From positions 3,895 through 67,894 of the forward strand of contig JAHISJ010000002.1 in the NCBI GenBank assembly GCA_018818205.1: 64,000 nucleotides of DNA, given 5' to 3'. The stretch comes from Patescibacteria group bacterium. Lineage in GTDB: Bacteria; Patescibacteriota; JABMPQ01; JAHIRA01. The position numbers and the translations under genes are program-made. Numbering within the stretch: the first letter of the stretch is position 1; every line of letters begins with the position of its first letter. The notes beneath the pieces were generated by a model. That model saw nothing but the letters and a program-made list of their open reading frames with translations, had not been told where the DNA came from and ran no database searches. Of the stretch, positions 60,791-64,000 are shown piece after piece.

Positions 60791-62314
60791 ATGAGCGTTA
60801 TTATGATAGCGGCGATTGTTTCATTGGTAGTTGGCACTGGAGCTGGATATGGCATTAGAAAGGTAGTGGCCAGAAAGCGCACTGATGAAGCAGAAGCCAA
60901 AGCAGGAAAACTGCTTGAGGAAGCTAAAACAAAACAGAAAGAGCTTGTTTTAGAGGGTAGAGGCAAGGCGATAAAAATAGCTGAGGAAGCAAAAGTTGAG
61001 GAACAAGAGCGTCGTCAGCAGGTTTTGCATGCGGAAAAAAGAATAGATAAACGTGAGGAAGCGCTGGATCAAAGAGAAAACTCGCTTGAGAGAAAAAACA
61101 AGGGTCTAAACAATAAAGAGCGTGAGATAAGCAAAATCAAGAAGGAGCTCATTGCAATCAAGCAGCAACAACTTGAGAAGCTAGAAAAAGTTGCTGCGCT
61201 TTCTACAGAGCAAGCGAAGAAGCATTTACTCAGTGTTGTTGAACGTGATCTGCGCACAGAAATTACCGATCAGATCAAGAAATACAAAGGCGTTGCAGAA
61301 GAGGAATCAAAGCGAAACGCGCAAAAGATTATTGCATTTGCCATAGAACGGTACTCACGTGATCAGTCAGCAGAGATGACTGCATCATCGGTAAATCTAC
61401 CGTCGGATGAAATGAAGGGACGTATTATTGGTAAAGAAGGCAGAAACATAAAACGATTTGAAGAACTGACTGGTGTTGAGATCATTGTTGATGATACTCC
61501 GGAAGCGATTGTCATTTCTGGATTTAATCCGATCAGACGGCATGTTGCAAAACGTGCGCTTGAAAAGCTCATTCAAGATGGCCGGATCCATCCTGCGAGA
61601 ATTGAAGAGACTATTTTAAAGGTTAAACAAGAGATTGCACAGGATATTAAAGAAGCCGGAGAAGAAGCGGTGTATGAGCTTGGTATTACCGGTCTTAATC
61701 CGAAGCTGGTACAACTCGTTGGGCGTCTTAAATTTAGATCAAGTTTTGGGCAAAATGTACTTAAACATTCAATCGAGGTGGCAAACATTGCCAATATGCT
61801 TTGTGAAGAACTTGGCGCGCGGACAAATATTGTTAAGCAGGCAGGGCTTCTTCATGACATTGGTAAAGCGGTAGATCATGAGGTTGAAGGCACGCACATT
61901 GAGATTGGTAGGAAGATTCTTGAAAAGTTTGGCGTTGCGGAAGAGGTCATTCATGCTATGGAATGTCATCATGGTGATGTTGAACCAACAACTGTTGAAG
62001 CAGTCATTGTGACCGCAGCAGACGGCATCTCTGGAAGTAGAGTAGGCGCAAGAAAAGATAGCTATGAAGATTATATTAAACGGCTTGAAGAGCTTGAGAA
62101 TATTGCTTCAACGTTCCCAGGTGTAGACAAAGTCTATGCCGTACAGGCGGGAAGAGAAGTTCGTGTTTTTGTACGTCCGGAAGAGTTGGATGATGAGGGG
62201 TCACTGCTTCTTGCGCGGAACGTGGCAAATAGAATTGAAGAAGAACTCAAGTATCCCGGTGAAATTAAAGTAAATGTAATTCGGGAACTTAGAGCAATCG
62301 AGTACGCCCGTTAA
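60791..62314 (+). CDS. rny: ribonuclease Y
   Basis: TM, coiled coil, KH domain (KGRIIGKEGRN) and HD domain (LLHDIGK). Confidence 0.96.
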   Translation: MSVIMIAAIVSLVVGTGAGYGIRKVVARKRTDEAEAKAGKLLEEAKTKQKELVLEGRGKAIKIAEEAKVEEQERRQQVLHAEKRIDKREEALDQRENSLERKNKGLNNKEREISKIKKELIAIKQQQLEKLEKVAALSTEQAKKHLLSVVERDLRTEITDQIKKYKGVAEEESKRNAQKIIAFAIERYSRDQSAEMTASSVNLPSDEMKGRIIGKEGRNIKRFEELTGVEIIVDDTPEAIVISGFNPIRRHVAKRALEKLIQDGRIHPARIEETILKVKQEIAQDIKEAGEEAVYELGITGLNPKLVQLVGRLKFRSSFGQNVLKHSIEVANIANMLCEELGARTNIVKQAGLLHDIGKAVDHEVEGTHIEIGRKILEKFGVAEEVIHAMECHHGDVEPTTVEAVIVTAADGISGSRVGARKDSYEDYIKRLEELENIASTFPGVDKVYAVQAGREVRVFVRPEELDDEGSLLLARNVANRIEEELKYPGEIKVNVIRELRAIEYAR

Positions 62315-62324
62315 CACAAACAGT

Positions 62325-63116
62325 ATGCTTAAAGTACTATTCTTTGGTGATGTCTACGGACGTCCAGGAAGACGTGCACTCAAGAAGGCAGTGCCAAAAC
62401 TAAAAAAACACTATGATACTGATATTGTTATTGCAAACGTAGAAAACGCTGCACATGGCGTCGGAATAACAAAAAAAACGCTCGCTGAGCTTATGGATGC
62501 AGGGATTGATTTTGCCACCTCAGGAAATCATATCTTTAACAGAAAAGACGGTATTGAGCTTCTCAATGAAAAAGATCCTGTTTTGATTCGTCCGGCAAAC
62601 TATCCTCCGGGGGCGCCTGGGGTTGGGTATAAGATTATCCCCATTAGAACGCAGAAGCTTTTGGTGGTTAATGTTATGGGACGCGTGTTTATGAAAGAGG
62701 ATTTGGATTGTCCGTTTAGAGCGATGGATACCATTTTAGACGAGGTTGGGAGTGATATAAAAAACATTGTCGTTGATTTCCATGCCGAGGTTACGAGCGA
62801 GATGATTGCGCTTGGCATGTATCTTGATGGACGGGTGAGCGCGGTGTTTGGCACACACACGCATGTGCCAACACAGGACTTTAAAATCCTTCCCGGCGGC
62901 ACAGCCTACGTCACCGATGTAGGCATGGTTGGGCCAACAAACTCGGTTTTGGGAGTCGATAAAGATATCATTCTTCGTCGCTATTTAACGCAAATGTCGG
63001 AGTCAATGGAGGTTGCCGATTCACCGCAAGCTGAGGTCAATGCCGTGTATTTTGAAATCGATTCAAAGGGAAAAGCAAGTAAAATAGAGAAGATCTACGA
63101 GGTGTATGACGTATGA
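62325..63116 (+). CDS. ymdB: YmdB-like metallophosphoesterase (TIGR00282)
   Basis: FGDVYG, ENAAHG, SGNH, DFHAE and GTHTH motifs. Confidence 0.92.
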   Translation: MLKVLFFGDVYGRPGRRALKKAVPKLKKHYDTDIVIANVENAAHGVGITKKTLAELMDAGIDFATSGNHIFNRKDGIELLNEKDPVLIRPANYPPGAPGVGYKIIPIRTQKLLVVNVMGRVFMKEDLDCPFRAMDTILDEVGSDIKNIVVDFHAEVTSEMIALGMYLDGRVSAVFGTHTHVPTQDFKILPGGTAYVTDVGMVGPTNSVLGVDKDIILRRYLTQMSESMEVADSPQAEVNAVYFEIDSKGKASKIEKIYEVYDV

Positions 63117-63203
63117 TATCCACTTGCCCAGCAAAAAAGCCTTATGTAGAATGAAGTTGTTACTTAAAGCTAAGATAAACAAGCCCGAAAGGGGGTGAAA
63201 AAC

Positions 63204-63479
63204 ATGACAAAAACAGATCTTATCAACGAAATGGCAAGCAAAGCATCAGTATCAAAGAAAGATGCAGAAGCAGTGCTTGATGCCCTTATTACAACCGTTA
63301 CCGATGAACTTAAAAAGGACAGCAAGGTTGCAGTAACCGGATTTGGTACCTTTAAGGTTTCAAAGAGAAAGGCCAGGACTGGTGTTAACCCTCAAAAACC
63401 TACAGAGAAGATTCAGATTCCTGCAATGAATGTTCCAAAATTCACACCAGGAAAAACGTTCAAAGACGCAATTCGCTAG
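63204..63479 (+). CDS. hup: HU family DNA-binding protein
   Basis: MTKTDLI, GFGTF, RTGVNPQ and PKFTPGK motifs; SD GGGGGTG. Confidence 0.95.
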   Translation: MTKTDLINEMASKASVSKKDAEAVLDALITTVTDELKKDSKVAVTGFGTFKVSKRKARTGVNPQKPTEKIQIPAMNVPKFTPGKTFKDAIR

Positions 63480-63675
63480 AGCGTTCGTATAATGTTCAAA
63501 CAAAACCTCGCATGGAGGAAACAAAGTGTGGGGTTTTGTTTTAGGAAGAAAATCGTGATTTTTTTTGAAAAAGGCAAGGCAGGTACAATTTTCTAAGGAC
63601 AAGCAATACGAAAAAATGAGAATAAAAAAAGGAAGCGATTTATTTCGCTTCCGAGTCAATATTTAAAGTAAGATG

Positions 63676-63999
63676 TTATCGACTAAAGTCAGTTTCTTCA
63701 ATCCAGTGCTTAGGAGTAACATGTGCAATAAAGGGTGGAAAGTCTAGACCTTCCTTCCAGAATATAACAAAAAAAGGTCTGATTATTGTGTAACAATAAA
63801 TACGAGGTCCACCGCAAAGTGGTGGCATGAATACTGCAGCTTGCGCTTTAGCTCCCTTTTCATCAAGTCGAAGCTTAGTCTTCTTTTTTGCAGTTACAAT
63901 TGTATTGCTGTGTGCTTTCATTCCAGTCAAAAAATCTATATCAACATGTATGTCTAGTTCAACCATGGGGAAGCGCAATTTCGTAGACGCTAATGCGGT
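63676..63999 (-). CDS. 3' end of a serpin-like protein (partial; runs off the window)
   Basis: LRLDEKGAKAQAA hinge-like segment and IRPFFVIF...PFIAHV; the frame stays open to the window edge. Confidence 0.55.
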   Translation of the reverse strand, partial: TALASTKLRFPMVELDIHVDIDFLTGMKAHSNTIVTAKKKTKLRLDEKGAKAQAAVFMPPLCGGPRIYCYTIIRPFFVIFWKEGLDFPPFIAHVTPKHWIEETDFSR

Positions 64000-64000
64000 T

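Overview
This 64 kb window looks like chromosome from a Patescibacteria (CPR)-type bacterium, judged from 16S signatures such as AAACTCAAAGGAATAGACGG, an unlinked 16S with an insertion, a shortened SMC and the overall gene order. In order it contains: surface-glycan genes (GT39/ArnT, O-antigen ligase); an accessory stretch (7.2-13.3 kb) with an IS481-family transposase and an 870-aa DHH-like protein with a SAVED-like C-terminus; a complete Rrf2-sufCBDSU-rubredoxin-reductase operon; and housekeeping genes rpmF-nusB-rnc-smc-rpsP-khpA-trmD. Next come a stand-alone 16S rRNA, then tRNA-Ile and tRNA-Ala separated by a GtrB/WecD/WecE/GtrII-type sugar-modification island, a PotD-like binding protein with a Cache-HAMP sensor, and infB-rbfA-nrnA-cdaA-cdaR-clpP. 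The most interesting region is an 11 kb arginine-centred cluster (49.4-60.4 kb): a CtlX-like hydrolase, arginine deiminase, ArgRS, a methyltransferase, two paralogous M20 amidohydrolases, an enolase-family epimerase, a ThrC-like PLP enzyme, a SpeD-like decarboxylase and a 182-aa protein that aligns by eye to the ArgRS catalytic core. The window ends with rny-ymdB-hup and a partial serpin-like gene. All calls come from motif recognition by eye; no searches were run.
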